A DNA stretch of 64,000 nt from Synechococcus sp. (GCA_047285805.1 JBJBCN010000002.1:256001-320000), one strand, 5' to 3'; counted from the stretch's first letter, positions 1 to 9,271 are shown. Translations and numbers: made by a program. Notes: a model not told the origin generated them from the letters alone.

Positions 1-971
1 CGGCGGTGATCGAGCTCCTGCAGTCCGTGAAGTCCCTGGGCCTCGATGTGTTGGTTCCCCCTGGCAAGGGCTGGGCCGTTTGGCAGGGCCTGGGGGTGGC
101 CTGCCGAGAGGCTGAAGTCGTTGGTCTCTTTGACGCTGACATCCGGACGTTCTCACCGGCTTACCCCCAGCGGATGCTCCAACCCCTGTTGGATCGCTCG
201 ACGGGTGTGGCCTACGTCAAAGCCTTTTACAGCCGGTTGTCTCTAGAAACCCATGCCCTTCAGGGCCGGGCGACCCGCTTGTTTGTAGCGCCCCTGCTGA
301 GCAGCCTGGAGCAGATCGTTGGTCCTCTGCCCTATCTGCGCTATCTCCAGTCGTTCCGCTACCCCCTCGCGGGGGAGTTCGCCTTCACGACTGATCTGGC
401 GATGAACCTGCGAATTCCCTGCGATTGGGGTTTGGAGATCGGCCTGCTGTCGGAGGTCTACCGCCATGTCGCCATTAGCCGAATTGCCCAGGTGGATCTT
501 GGGGTGTTTGACCACAAGCACAAGGCCCTTGGCAACGCCCCCGACCAGGGGCTCAAGCGGATGGCCAGCGAAATTTTGCGGACGGTCCTGCGGGGCTTGA
601 TGGAGCACGAAGGCTGCAACTTGCTCAGCGAGCAACTTCCCACCCTGGAAGCGCTCTACCGCCGGGTGGGCCAAGATCGGGTCAGGCAGTTCGGACTGGA
701 TTCCGCCATTAATGGCCTCCCCCATGACCGCCATGGCGAGGAACTGGCTGTTCAGGACTTTGCGCAGCTACTACGTCCGGCGATCAAGGATCTGATGGAC
801 AGGCCATCGGTTCAGCAACTGCCCAGCTGGTCTCGGGTGCTCAGCTGTAGCCAGGATCTCCAGCAAGGCCTGGCCGCGGCGGGGCAGTGCCGATTAGCAG
901 GACGTAACGCTGACTACGTCACCCTCCCATCGGATACGGCTCAATTGGGGGAGTCATTCGTCGCTGCATGA
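1..971 (+). CDS. gpgS: Glucosyl-3-phosphoglycerate synthase-like glycosyltransferase (5' end lies outside window)
   Basis: GKGWAVW, FDADI (DxD) and YPLAGEF/DWGLEIGLL motifs typical of the GpgS/MpgS family. Confidence 0.75.
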   Translation, partial: AVIELLQSVKSLGLDVLVPPGKGWAVWQGLGVACREAEVVGLFDADIRTFSPAYPQRMLQPLLDRSTGVAYVKAFYSRLSLETHALQGRATRLFVAPLLSSLEQIVGPLPYLRYLQSFRYPLAGEFAFTTDLAMNLRIPCDWGLEIGLLSEVYRHVAISRIAQVDLGVFDHKHKALGNAPDQGLKRMASEILRTVLRGLMEHEGCNLLSEQLPTLEALYRRVGQDRVRQFGLDSAINGLPHDRHGEELAVQDFAQLLRPAIKDLMDRPSVQQLPSWSRVLSCSQDLQQGLAAAGQCRLAGRNADYVTLPSDTAQLGESFVAA

Positions 972-1145
972 CGGGTCCGATTCAGATGTCCGCCGCGTCC
1001 ACCCCGCCCCAGGTCAAGCTCCACTATTGGAACAATGGCGGGGCCCAGAGCGTGGTGGTCCCCCTTGATGAAGAGGTCCAGCGCCACCGCCTGCTGCTCT
1101 CGAACGGAGCGGTCCTGCTGAAGCGTGAGTTGATAGCTGCTTGAC

Positions 1146-1240
1146 AAAAAAAAGCCCCGCCTAAGGCAGGGCTTTTCGGGATTCGGTTCAAGGGTGTGAC
1201 CTTGTTTCCACGCCTTTGGGCGAATCCACTCCTCACACAA
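1146..1240 (-). ncRNA. yfr2: Yfr2-family sRNA
   Basis: Minus strand reads GTGTGAGGAGTGG...GGAAACA..., the two hallmark Yfr2 motifs, and ends in hairpin GCCCTGCC-TTA-GGCGGGGC + U8. Confidence 0.85.
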
Positions 1241-1257
1241 CTCAACAGTCGCCAGTC

Positions 1258-1276
1258 AACTGGCACAGTGCCAGTT
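1258..1276. promoter_or_regulatory. Perfect palindrome AACTGGCAC-A-GTGCCAGTT upstream of yfr2; candidate transcription-factor operator
   Basis: 9-bp perfect inverted repeat about 20-35 nt upstream of the Yfr2 5' end. Confidence 0.55.
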
Positions 1277-1356
1277 CTTTGTAACCAGTTGTTCAACCGC
1301 ACAGCTGCTGGACAGGGGGGCTTCGTGGTGCAACCCGTGGAAACATTCCATTTCAA

Positions 1357-1409
1357 CTTCACACGACAACGAGCCCCGTCGCCAAGAGGGGGCTCGTTGT
1401 CGTGTGAAG
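1357..1409. repeat. Perfect 21-bp inverted repeat with 11-nt loop
   Basis: CTTCACACGACAACGAGCCCC (1357-1377) / GGGGCTCGTTGTCGTGTGAAG (1389-1409). Confidence 0.9.
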
Positions 1410-1415
1410 CGCCCA

Positions 1416-1470
1416 TAAAAAACCCCGCCTGAAGCGGGGCCGGTTGGTGTGAGGAATGGTGCACCCATGC
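1416..1470 (-). ncRNA. Yfr1/Yfr10-like sRNA
   Basis: Minus strand: ATTCCTCACAC (1 mismatch to the Yfr1 motif ACTCCTCACAC) followed by terminator CCCCGC-TTCAG-GCGGGG-TTTTTT. Confidence 0.7.
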
Positions 1471-1746
1471 AGGTAGACCATGACGCCGGCATGAGCCAGT
1501 GGAGCGCTGATGGCCGCTGTTCCACCTCGGCGTTACTTCTGCTCTAGCCAGGACCGTGGCATTTGGCAGCTAGTTGCTGACCACCAATATATCGACCGCG
1601 ACCCATGGGACCCATCCGTGAGATTGGATATTTATGGGGGTTTTTGCTCTCTCCTGAGAAAAACCAGTTCGGCGTTCGGCTACTGGTCTGACAGCGGCGG
1701 CTGTAACGGACAGGCTGAATGCAGGTGGTGAATGGTCTGAGGGCTG

Positions 1747-2646
1747 ATGGATTTGAGCCAGGTTTTGAAGCAGTGCCATCACCTCGCCCAGACCTATCGG
1801 ATCCACGACGGCGGTGGATTCAAGCTGGTGCAGGTCGACCCTGGCGACACCCAGGACCTCCTCGCCGACAAGAAGGCTGCTCGCGAGGCACTGGAGCAGG
1901 GGGTGGAGCTGCTCTCTGAGCTACAGCAGCGGCTCTATGCCCAGAACAAATGGTCGGTCCTGCTGGTCTTTCAAGCGATGGATGCTGCGGGGAAAGACGG
2001 CACGATCAAGCACGTCATGAGTGGCGTGAACCCACAGGGCTGCCAGGTGTCGTCCTTTAAGGAGCCCTCAGCCTTGGACCTGGATCACGATTACCTCTGG
2101 CGGGCGAACCAATGCCTGCCGGAGCGCGGGCTGATTGGCATCTTTAACCGCAGTTATTACGAGGAGACTTTGGTGGTTCGGGTGCACCCCGAACTATTGG
2201 CGAAGCAGTCTCTTCCGCCTGAGCTGGTGGGGCCAAAACTGTGGAAACAGCGTTTCGAGGATATCCGGCATTACGAGCGCTATCTGAGTCGCAACGGGGT
2301 CGTTGTTCTGAAGTTCTTCTTACACCTCTCCAAGCAGGAGCAAAAACGGCGATTTCTGCAGCGCTTGGAGCGGCCTGAGAAGAACTGGAAGTTCTCAGCG
2401 GCGGACATCCGCGAGCGGGGGTTCTGGGACGACTACATGCGGGCCTACGAGGAGATGATTCAAGAGACAGCGACGGCCCACGCCCCTTGGTATGTCGTGC
2501 CAGCGGATCACAAGTGGTTCACCCGTTTGGTGGTCGCAGCGGCCGTGATTGAGCGCCTCAATGGGCTCGATCTCCGCTACCCCGAGTTCAGCGCTGAGGC
2601 CCGGCAGGCCTTGGCCAAGGCCCACGCCCAACTGCTGGCCGAGTGA
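1747..2646 (+). CDS. ppk2: Polyphosphate kinase 2 family polyphosphate:nucleotide phosphotransferase
   Basis: QAMDAAGKDGTIKHV Walker A, IFNRSYYE and WYVVPADHKW motifs. Confidence 0.92.
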   Translation: MDLSQVLKQCHHLAQTYRIHDGGGFKLVQVDPGDTQDLLADKKAAREALEQGVELLSELQQRLYAQNKWSVLLVFQAMDAAGKDGTIKHVMSGVNPQGCQVSSFKEPSALDLDHDYLWRANQCLPERGLIGIFNRSYYEETLVVRVHPELLAKQSLPPELVGPKLWKQRFEDIRHYERYLSRNGVVVLKFFLHLSKQEQKRRFLQRLERPEKNWKFSAADIRERGFWDDYMRAYEEMIQETATAHAPWYVVPADHKWFTRLVVAAAVIERLNGLDLRYPEFSAEARQALAKAHAQLLAE

Positions 2647-2740
2647 GGACGTCATTTGTAGTAGCGATCCGCTGACAGAGCGGCTGCTGGGCCAGGGAAG
2701 TCGGAGACGATGGTTCTCAACGCCAACTGGGTCCAGATCC

Positions 2741-3769
2741 GTGACGCAACGCAACTCCAACGACAAGAGCAGCAACCAGCGTCCCCTCGGCTGGATCCGG
2801 GATCTGATCCCCTCAGGGATCAAGCAAAAGATCAAGCAGACGGTCCCTGTGATTGCTCCACCGCCGACCGACCAGATCGATGTGGTAGAGAGCCTCAGCG
2901 AGGGGGCCACTCACGTGGTCTTCCTGCCCCGCGACCCCCAGTGGGCCTATTGCTTCTGGTCGATCAGTGCTACGGATCGCAAGAGCGCCCAGCGCGCTGG
3001 GGCCACCCAGCTCTGCATCCGCCTGGCAGATGTCACTGGCTTGGCTGCCGAGCAAACCCATCCCCACACCCTCCAGGAGTTGGTGGTGGACGCCAGCTCC
3101 AGCGAGTGGTTCATGCCCGTTCCCCTCGACTGCCGTGACTACCGGGTCGAGTTGGGCTACAGGCTGCGCTCCGGCGGCTGGTATTCCCTAGCTTTCTCGG
3201 CGGTCGCCCATGTACCGGGGATGGAGCCCTCCAATAGCATCGCTGATGCCTTTGTGCCCTTCTCCCTGGAGACCGGCTCTACGGCTGCACCAAGTGCGGC
3301 CGCCGCTCCCGCGAGCGTCGGCGGTGTCCAACACGAGCATCACTACCAGCGGGCGACACTCCCCACCCGCAGCCGCAGAGTCGGTTCGGAGGTGCTCCAC
3401 GAGTACGGCCTCAACGGTTCTGGCCCCCTGAATGATTCCGGCGTTGGTGTCTGGGCGAGCGGCCGCACCGAATCCGGCATGGGTGCCATGCGGGAGCGCT
3501 CCTTCTGGCTGGTGGCTGACGCTGAGTTGACCGTTTACGGGGCGACGGATCCTTCCGCGAGCCTTTTCATTGGTGACGAGAAGGTTCAGCTCGACCGGGA
3601 CGGGAGCTTCCGCATCCATGTCCCCTTCTGCGATGGCGAGCAGCTCTATCCCGTGCGCGCGATCGCGGCGGATGGTGAGCAGGAGCGCTCCATCTCGATG
3701 GAGTTCGAGCGGCGCACCCCCCATGCTCGGGTGAATACCGCGGCGGAGGCCCAGGCCGAGTGGTTCTAG
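2741..3769 (+). CDS. DUF4912 domain protein (start uncertain, GTG chosen)
   Basis: VVFLPRDPQWAYCFW, YRVELGYR and C-terminal FWLVADAELTVYGATDP motifs. Confidence 0.8.
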   Translation: MTQRNSNDKSSNQRPLGWIRDLIPSGIKQKIKQTVPVIAPPPTDQIDVVESLSEGATHVVFLPRDPQWAYCFWSISATDRKSAQRAGATQLCIRLADVTGLAAEQTHPHTLQELVVDASSSEWFMPVPLDCRDYRVELGYRLRSGGWYSLAFSAVAHVPGMEPSNSIADAFVPFSLETGSTAAPSAAAAPASVGGVQHEHHYQRATLPTRSRRVGSEVLHEYGLNGSGPLNDSGVGVWASGRTESGMGAMRERSFWLVADAELTVYGATDPSASLFIGDEKVQLDRDGSFRIHVPFCDGEQLYPVRAIAADGEQERSISMEFERRTPHARVNTAAEAQAEWF

Positions 3770-3891
3770 GCGGATGAGGGCACTCTGAGGAGTCGGCCAA
3801 CCCTTTGGGGACCCTGCTTTTCGACAGGTGTCGGATTCTCTCGCTGCACTCCCTGGCGGTGCTAAAAAAATCCAGTTCTGATTGCTCCGGA

Positions 3892-4020
3892 ATGGACTAC
3901 CTCGTGCTTGCCTCCGCCGTTGCTCCCCGAGGCGTTCCCGTGATCCTGCCCGCCATCGGTGGTGCCGGCCTGATTGCTCTGCTGGTCTTCTTCCTTTCTC
4001 AAGCTTCAGCGAAGAGCTGA
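3892..4020 (+). CDS. Small single-TM protein
   Basis: 42-aa ORF with hydrophobic stretch ILPAIGGAGLIALLVFFL. Confidence 0.45.
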   Translation: MDYLVLASAVAPRGVPVILPAIGGAGLIALLVFFLSQASAKS

Positions 4021-4042
4021 GCGACGCATGAAGCCGAAACGC

Positions 4043-4324
4043 TCACTCCTGCGTTGCGTCTTCTTCGTGGGTGATTCCAACCGGTTCCGTGAAGGTCAGC
4101 ACGCAGTAGTAGCGCGTATTGCTGTAGCCGATCTCGACGTCATCGCATTTGCTGTTGGTGACGACAGCCCCTTTGGGCAGTTTCCCCATCGCGTCTTGCC
4201 AGGCCTGTTGACGGCTCAGGGGAGATTGGGCAGAGACCGATCCTTCTGCGGCTAGCCCCTGCGCTGAGAATCCGAGCAGTGCGGCAGCGGCCAGGGCCGT
4301 GCTGCAGTGGCGCCAACCGTTCAT
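4043..4324 (-). CDS. Putative secreted hypothetical protein
   Basis: Signal-peptide-like N-terminus; two Cys in the mature part. Confidence 0.55.
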   Translation of the reverse strand: MNGWRHCSTALAAAALLGFSAQGLAAEGSVSAQSPLSRQQAWQDAMGKLPKGAVVTNSKCDDVEIGYSNTRYYCVLTFTEPVGITHEEDATQE

Positions 4325-4658
4325 TGAAGTTCAGCGGCTCTCCCCAGACATAGCCACGGACGACTCCAGTCCGTTGATCCAGCGGCGGCCGGAGGGAACC
4401 AGAGACCGTTCCACCTCGAGCCAGGGGAACCCACCCTGACTGCAGTTGACGTCTTCCGCCATCCCATAGCCCAGCCCGTCGTGGACCTCTTCGAGGGCCT
4501 GGGGGAAGCTCAGCTTTTTGATTGAGGCGTAGATCCGCGCGATGGCGTTGATCTCACCCGGGGTGCTGCTCCCGGTGGCGTACCGCTCCCGAAGCGCTTG
4601 TGCGGAATGCATGGCTTGGCCTTCCCCTCTACCCCTAGGCTGGCAGCTGATCACGGGG

Positions 4659-5003
4659 CTAGGTCGGATTTAGGGCCCGACATTCGAAAATCGTTTCCTT
4701 CAGGCTGAGGTGATCGCGATCGATCGATCCGTTCCCCTGCATGGTGAGGCTGAGGCGTGATTCCAACCCCAGCAGAGCTGTGTAGCAGCGCAATTCGGTA
4801 GCTGCATCTGCGCGGTTCTTCAGTTGATGGGAGAGGCCCATTGCGGTGCTGCAGTCTGCGCGGGCGGTGCCGTTGAAGCAGCGAATGGCAGCTTGTTGCA
4901 GTCCCGCCATGGACTGGGCGTGGGCGGCTGGCGCCGCCAGCACGGCAAGGCTGAGCAGGGACCAGCGACAGTTCAACGGGGGCGGGGCCGGTAAGTTGAC
5001 CAT
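4659..5003 (-). CDS. Putative secreted Cys-containing hypothetical protein
   Basis: Signal peptide ending AHA|QS; 4 Cys in helical mature part. Confidence 0.5.
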   Translation of the reverse strand: MVNLPAPPPLNCRWSLLSLAVLAAPAAHAQSMAGLQQAAIRCFNGTARADCSTAMGLSHQLKNRADAATELRCYTALLGLESRLSLTMQGNGSIDRDHLSLKETIFECRALNPT

Positions 5004-5325
5004 AAAGAAGCCGGTCCATGTTGGAACCGGCTCTAGAAATGTTGAATTGTGTTCGGAGCTGCCGAGGGAGGTCACCTGGGGCCAGATGTCCAGGTGTGGG
5101 GCGGTTGTCTCCAGGAGGCACCTGAGGTGGTGCAGGTCGGAGTGTCCAGCTGCGGGGCAGAGGACCCACCCACGGTTTCGAAAGACTTGTGGAGCAGGGG
5201 CCTTCAGTCAGCTCGCTCCTGGGTTCTGGCGGGGTGGAGTGTCGTCCATCAACGCCTCCAAGATCGATGTCATCAGCATCGGCCTGCTTTGGAGAAGGCG
5301 CAATGGGACTGAATACTCAAATTCC
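5003..5325 (-). ncRNA. Family A dispersed structured element, copy 1 (putative ncRNA)
   Basis: Shares blocks GACACTCCACC, GGAGCGAGCTGACTGAAGG..CCTGCTCCA, CAGGTGCC and CACCTGGACA.CTGGCCCCAGGTG with the copy at 19.7-20.1 kb; ends in hairpin AGAGCCGGTTCC/GGACCGGCTTCT-TT. Confidence 0.55.
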
Positions 5326-5326
5326 C

Positions 5327-5512
5327 CTACTGGATCTCTTCTGTTTGGTCGTGCTGCCAGCGGGTCAAGGTGGCGGGCGAGAACTTATGGCCATGCTTGC
5401 GGGCAATGGCGGCCACGCAGCTGTTGTTCTCGCCGCACTTGACGAGTTCACGCTGCATGGTTGCGTTGCCTTTGGCTTTACGCATGAAAAGTTCAAGTTG
5501 ATGTCTTGACAT
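5327..5512 (-). CDS. Nif11-like domain small protein
   Basis: MSRHQLELFMRKAKGNATMQREL...VAAIARKHGHKFS matches the Nif11 pattern (L..F......D..LQ..L; IA...GF.FS). Confidence 0.75.
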   Translation of the reverse strand: MSRHQLELFMRKAKGNATMQRELVKCGENNSCVAAIARKHGHKFSPATLTRWQHDQTEEIQ

Positions 5513-5663
5513 GGCGATTTCCATGGAAAGAACGCCCCATCGCTAGCGACTGATTGGCCGTCAAGATCCAGAGTTCAGGTTCTCTTTGCGTTCCCAAGAT
5601 GTGCTTATTGTTCTCTTTATTCAGAGGAAAAAAATCACCTACTCAGCCCCATTCGTTAGGGTC

Positions 5664-6023
5664 ATGCCCATGAACGTTTCTCCTCGTTCGGCGACTCTTC
5701 TGGGTGGTTGCGTCGCTGCTCTGACCTTGATCAGCGGAGCTGTTTCCGCGGCTGAGCGGGACCCCTATGCCCAGTTCATGAGGCATTACGAGCTGGTCTT
5801 GAAAGCCCAGAACTCAGGCGACCTCTACAGCCTGTGCCTCTCCATGCAGGCGATGGATGGACTGTTGATCGAACACTTCGCTGTCTTTGAACAGCGAGAT
5901 CCCAGTACCGACTGGATGGAGGTGCGTGCCTCCTACAAGCCTGTTCTCGATGAGCAGTGCGGCCAGGTCAGCGTCCCACCTAAGGCAACCCCCAAGGCGC
6001 CAAAGGATGATCCGCAGACCTAG
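5664..6023 (+). CDS. Putative secreted hypothetical protein
   Basis: Signal peptide ending VSA|AE; clean ORF. Confidence 0.55.
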   Translation: MPMNVSPRSATLLGGCVAALTLISGAVSAAERDPYAQFMRHYELVLKAQNSGDLYSLCLSMQAMDGLLIEHFAVFEQRDPSTDWMEVRASYKPVLDEQCGQVSVPPKATPKAPKDDPQT

Positions 6024-6026
6024 GGC

Positions 6027-6251
6027 TTAGTCCTCGGATTGCAGAAAGCGAGGGGCGAAGCGCCAAGCCAGTACAACCGTGGCGAGGCCATAGCCCACAA
6101 AGGTGGTCGCTTGTCCGAAGCTGCCTGTGGCGTAAAGCTCGCGCTCCAGAAGGAGGTAGTCCATCACGGACGCCACTGTTCCCCAGAGGATGACCCAGCC
6201 CGAGACGTAGGCGACCCCTTTGAGCGTGCGTTCCATGCTCACCACATCCAC
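6027..6251 (-). CDS. Small two-TM hypothetical protein
   Basis: Two hydrophobic segments; last gene of an apparent three-gene minus-strand run. Confidence 0.6.
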   Translation of the reverse strand: MDVVSMERTLKGVAYVSGWVILWGTVASVMDYLLLERELYATGSFGQATTFVGYGLATVVLAWRFAPRFLQSED

Positions 6252-6433
6252 TCATCGGGGGACGGGATCCCACTTTCGCGGCGCACCCGATCGATCCGTT
6301 CGATAGCGCGTTGTTGTTCCTCGATCTTGCTCATCCAAGGACGGATCCGATTGGCCGCTTTGCTTGCATCCAGGGCAGAGGGCAGCCTGGTCAGTTTGTA
6401 GCTGGCCCCTTTGTGGGTGGTGGTCTCCGTCAT
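6239..6433 (-). CDS. Small hypothetical protein (MTETTTHKG...)
   Basis: ATG directly after the stop of the upstream small ORF; overlaps next gene. Confidence 0.5.
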   Translation of the reverse strand: MTETTTHKGASYKLTRLPSALDASKAANRIRPWMSKIEEQQRAIERIDRVRRESGIPSPDEWMW

Positions 6434-6437
6434 CGGG

Positions 6438-6572
6438 CTATCGGTTGAGCCACAGCTTGATCGCGACCGTGGCCGCCGCAATGGCCAGGATCCAGTAAAG
6501 CCAGGTCAGGTTGAGCACCGTCGCCAGCACCAGGCCGATCACAAAGAAGACCAGAAATCGGCCCAGGGTCAT
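6438..6572 (-). CDS. 44-aa two-TM protein not in the ORF track (MTLGRFLVFFVIGLVLATVLNLTWLYWILAIAAATVAIKLWLNR)
   Basis: Manual translation; GC-rich third positions; strongly hydrophobic. Confidence 0.6.
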   Translation of the reverse strand: MTLGRFLVFFVIGLVLATVLNLTWLYWILAIAAATVAIKLWLNR

Positions 6573-6735
6573 ATCGGCAGCAGTCTGTTGCTCTGTGGAG
6601 AGACCCTAACGCACTGTGTCCGTTGCTCTTTCAGCGATAGCAACCGCCAAAAACAAGTGTAAATGCCTAAGAGCAAACCGGTTTGTTGCTCAGCTTGAGC
6701 AAAGATCTGCTGTCGTCGTGATTTCCTAACCCGTC

Positions 6736-7179
6736 TTGGTGGTGGTGGTGGGCCCCGTAGGCCTCACCCTGGCTCTGGCCCTGCGTAAGCAGGACATCGT
6801 GGTCAGTCTCGTGGATCGGCCTCCCCAGCCCCGCGATCGCTCCAAGGCCCTGGTGATCTGGCCGCGCACCCTTGATCTGACGTGCCGCGCCCCCAGCGGG
6901 GAGACCCGCTTGCATGAACTGCTGAGGAGCGGTCGCTTGGTGCTGTTGTCCGTGGGCACCCCTCTACCGCCGCTTGATCCGTCCCTAGTGCGCGATTGGT
7001 TGGTGCCAGCCGTGGCGGCGCCCCAGTCGAGCTATCGGGCGGGCTGGGTCTATCTGATTAGGCAGGAGGCCTACCCCTTTAGCTGTGCCCCGAGCGCGGA
7101 GCGGGAGCGTCTGCTGGCGGTCTGGGAGGCGAGGCGTTGGGGTTGTTCGACGACTTGCATCAAAGAGTGGAAGATTTGA
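6736..7179 (+). pseudogene. Internally deleted FAD-dependent monooxygenase remnant
   Basis: Degenerate N-terminal VVVGPVGLTLALAL and SKALVIWPRTL joined directly to C-terminal-type RLHELL...YLIRQEAY (cf. LIRPDGY). Confidence 0.65.
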
Positions 7180-7239
7180 TTAAGCCCGAAGATCGAATAT
7201 TCGCGTTTGGTCAGTTTTGGGTTGATCAGCAAAAACAAC

Positions 7240-8262
7240 ATGTTCTGGCCTTTCCGGACTGCCTCCTCTATCGGTGTCGATCTGGGGACTGCGAACACCC
7301 TGATGTATGTCTCAGGTAAGGGAATCGTGCTCGATGAACCCTCCGTGGTCGCTCTTGATTTAGAGAGAGGCATCCCACTGGAGGTGGGAGAAGGCGCAAA
7401 ACGCATGATCGGCAAAACCCCGAAAGCGATTCAGGCGATTCGTCCCCTGCGTGATGGCGTCATTGCTGATTACGCCGCCGCCGAGCTCATGATTCAAACC
7501 TTCATGCGTCGCGGCAATTCCGGCAAATCCACCGCCCCTCGGATGGTGGTGGGCATCCCGAGCAGCATCACGGATGTGGAGCGCCGGGCGGTCCGTGAAG
7601 CCGGCATCACCGGCTCCAAAGAGGTTTACCTGATCGATGAAACCGTGGCTGCCGCCATCGGCGCTGGCCTGCCGATCACCGAGCCCGTCGGCAGCATGAT
7701 CGTCGACATCGGCGGTGGCACCACCGACGTCGCTGTGCTGAGCCTCGGCTCTCCCGTGGAGAGCGAATCAATCCGGATTGCCGGCGATGAAATAACCGAG
7801 AGCATCTCCGATTACATCAAAAAGACCTATGGCCTGGTGATCGGTGAAGCCACTGCCGAGCAGGTCAAGATCAGCATTGGCTCTGCTCATGCCAATGCCC
7901 GCAATGACGATCTCCACATGGAGCTGAGCGGTTTCAACAACCGCACCGGATTGCCCGAAAGCATCACCGTCACCGCTGGTGAAATCCGCGAGGCGATTCA
8001 GCAGCCCCTGGGCGCCATCGTTGACACGATTAAGCGTGTCCTGGAGAACACTCCCCCTGAGCTCGCCACCGACGTTCACGCCCGCGGAATCGTGCTGGTC
8101 GGCGGCGGTGCCTTGATCCCCGGGATCAGTGATCTGATCACGGAATCAACCGGCATTTTCACCATCGTTGCCGATGACCCCCTCCACTGCGTCGTCAATG
8201 GCTGCGGTCAGGTGGTCGACGACTGGAGGAACCTCAAGCGCTGCACCAGCGCTGACGTCTGA
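7240..8262 (+). CDS. mreB: MreB/Mbl-family actin-like ATPase, stand-alone paralogue
   Basis: DLGTANT, RPLRDGVIAD, AAAIGAGL, DIGGGTT and GGGAL motifs. Confidence 0.9.
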   Translation: MFWPFRTASSIGVDLGTANTLMYVSGKGIVLDEPSVVALDLERGIPLEVGEGAKRMIGKTPKAIQAIRPLRDGVIADYAAAELMIQTFMRRGNSGKSTAPRMVVGIPSSITDVERRAVREAGITGSKEVYLIDETVAAAIGAGLPITEPVGSMIVDIGGGTTDVAVLSLGSPVESESIRIAGDEITESISDYIKKTYGLVIGEATAEQVKISIGSAHANARNDDLHMELSGFNNRTGLPESITVTAGEIREAIQQPLGAIVDTIKRVLENTPPELATDVHARGIVLVGGGALIPGISDLITESTGIFTIVADDPLHCVVNGCGQVVDDWRNLKRCTSADV

Positions 8263-8287
8263 GCTCCACCTCGGCCTTAATCCATCA

Positions 8288-8312
8288 CCCCGGGTGAGAC
8301 CCCGGGTTTTTT
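8288..8312 (+). terminator. Rho-independent terminator after mreB paralogue
   Basis: CCCGGG-TGAGA-CCCCGGG followed by T6. Confidence 0.7.
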
Positions 8313-8928
8313 GTTGCTCAGCTGGCTTTGGCGATGGCGAGCAGGGCCAGCAACTTGTCTTCCAGCTGGTTGATACGGCTCCATTGCGCGGTGCCCATCG
8401 TGCTGGGTGCCAGCTCAGCGCGCAGGTCATCTAACAGGCTCAAGCTTTCTTGGGTGGTCAGCTGGAGCGACGTCGTCTTGATCTTCATCAAGGATCCGCA
8501 GTCGAGCCCATCAAACAAGGCCCGAAGGCGCCGTCAAGGGCGGCTGGTCCGGCAGCGCTCCACACTGTTCTCCTCATGCCAATAGAGCAGGGCATTGGCG
8601 CGATGCAATCCACTGACGGTTTGGCAGGTCCCTGAGGCCCAGCAGACCCGGTAATCGCCATCAGGGAGGGCTTCAATCGTGGATCCCTTCGGAGTGATCA
8701 CCAGGACTCGTTCTGGATTGATCGCACAACGCTCCATCATCTCGTTCTTTCGTCGGTGCCCGGTGAGGCAAAAGCCCCTGGGTGGTCCGAGGGCCATCGC
8801 TGGCAGAGTTTCGGGTTCTGCCCCTGCCACCGCTCAGTCATGGCTCAGATCGCCTGGCTTTGGCAAGACTCGGCTGGACCAGCTTTTTTCGCCTGCGCGA
8901 GGTATTTAGACAGTGTTAGGCCTGGTTC

Positions 8929-9252
8929 ATGGACCAGATCCAACGACCAGAATTCCATACTGTGCTATCGACGCTGCGCCAGAGTTTTGCTGGTGATCGC
9001 GGTGTCGGCCGGGCCTTTTGGGAGAAGGGGCTGATCGAGCGCGTGGAATCCCATGCGCTCACGCCCCATCGACTCAAGGAGGCCTGCGGCTTGGTGCGCT
9101 CCTACGACTGGGCCGAGCGCTATGTCCTCGGGGCATCTGATTTGCACGAGGCCTGGAGTCGCTCCCTGGAAGTGCTGACCGCCACTAACAATCTCCTGGC
9201 CTGGGCCTCGGAGTTGGGCTTGATCTATTCCCGTTCCGCAAGTGCGGATTGA
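8929..9252 (+). CDS. Hypothetical protein
   Basis: ATG-initiated 107-aa ORF with protein-like composition. Confidence 0.5.
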   Translation: MDQIQRPEFHTVLSTLRQSFAGDRGVGRAFWEKGLIERVESHALTPHRLKEACGLVRSYDWAERYVLGASDLHEAWSRSLEVLTATNNLLAWASELGLIYSRSASAD

Positions 9253-9271
9253 GGACAACCCTGGACGCCCG

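Noticed and set aside
4846..5442. Shared peptide GAGAFSQLAP between ORFs 4846-5442 and 19794-20351 as a protein family
   Set aside because: It is the antisense translation of the family A repeat; other copies are frameshifted and the ORFs overlap better genes
5327..5512. Nif11-like ORF as a RiPP (prochlorosin-type) precursor
   Set aside because: No Gly-Gly cleavage site or core peptide follows the leader-like domain, and there is no LanM or transporter in the window
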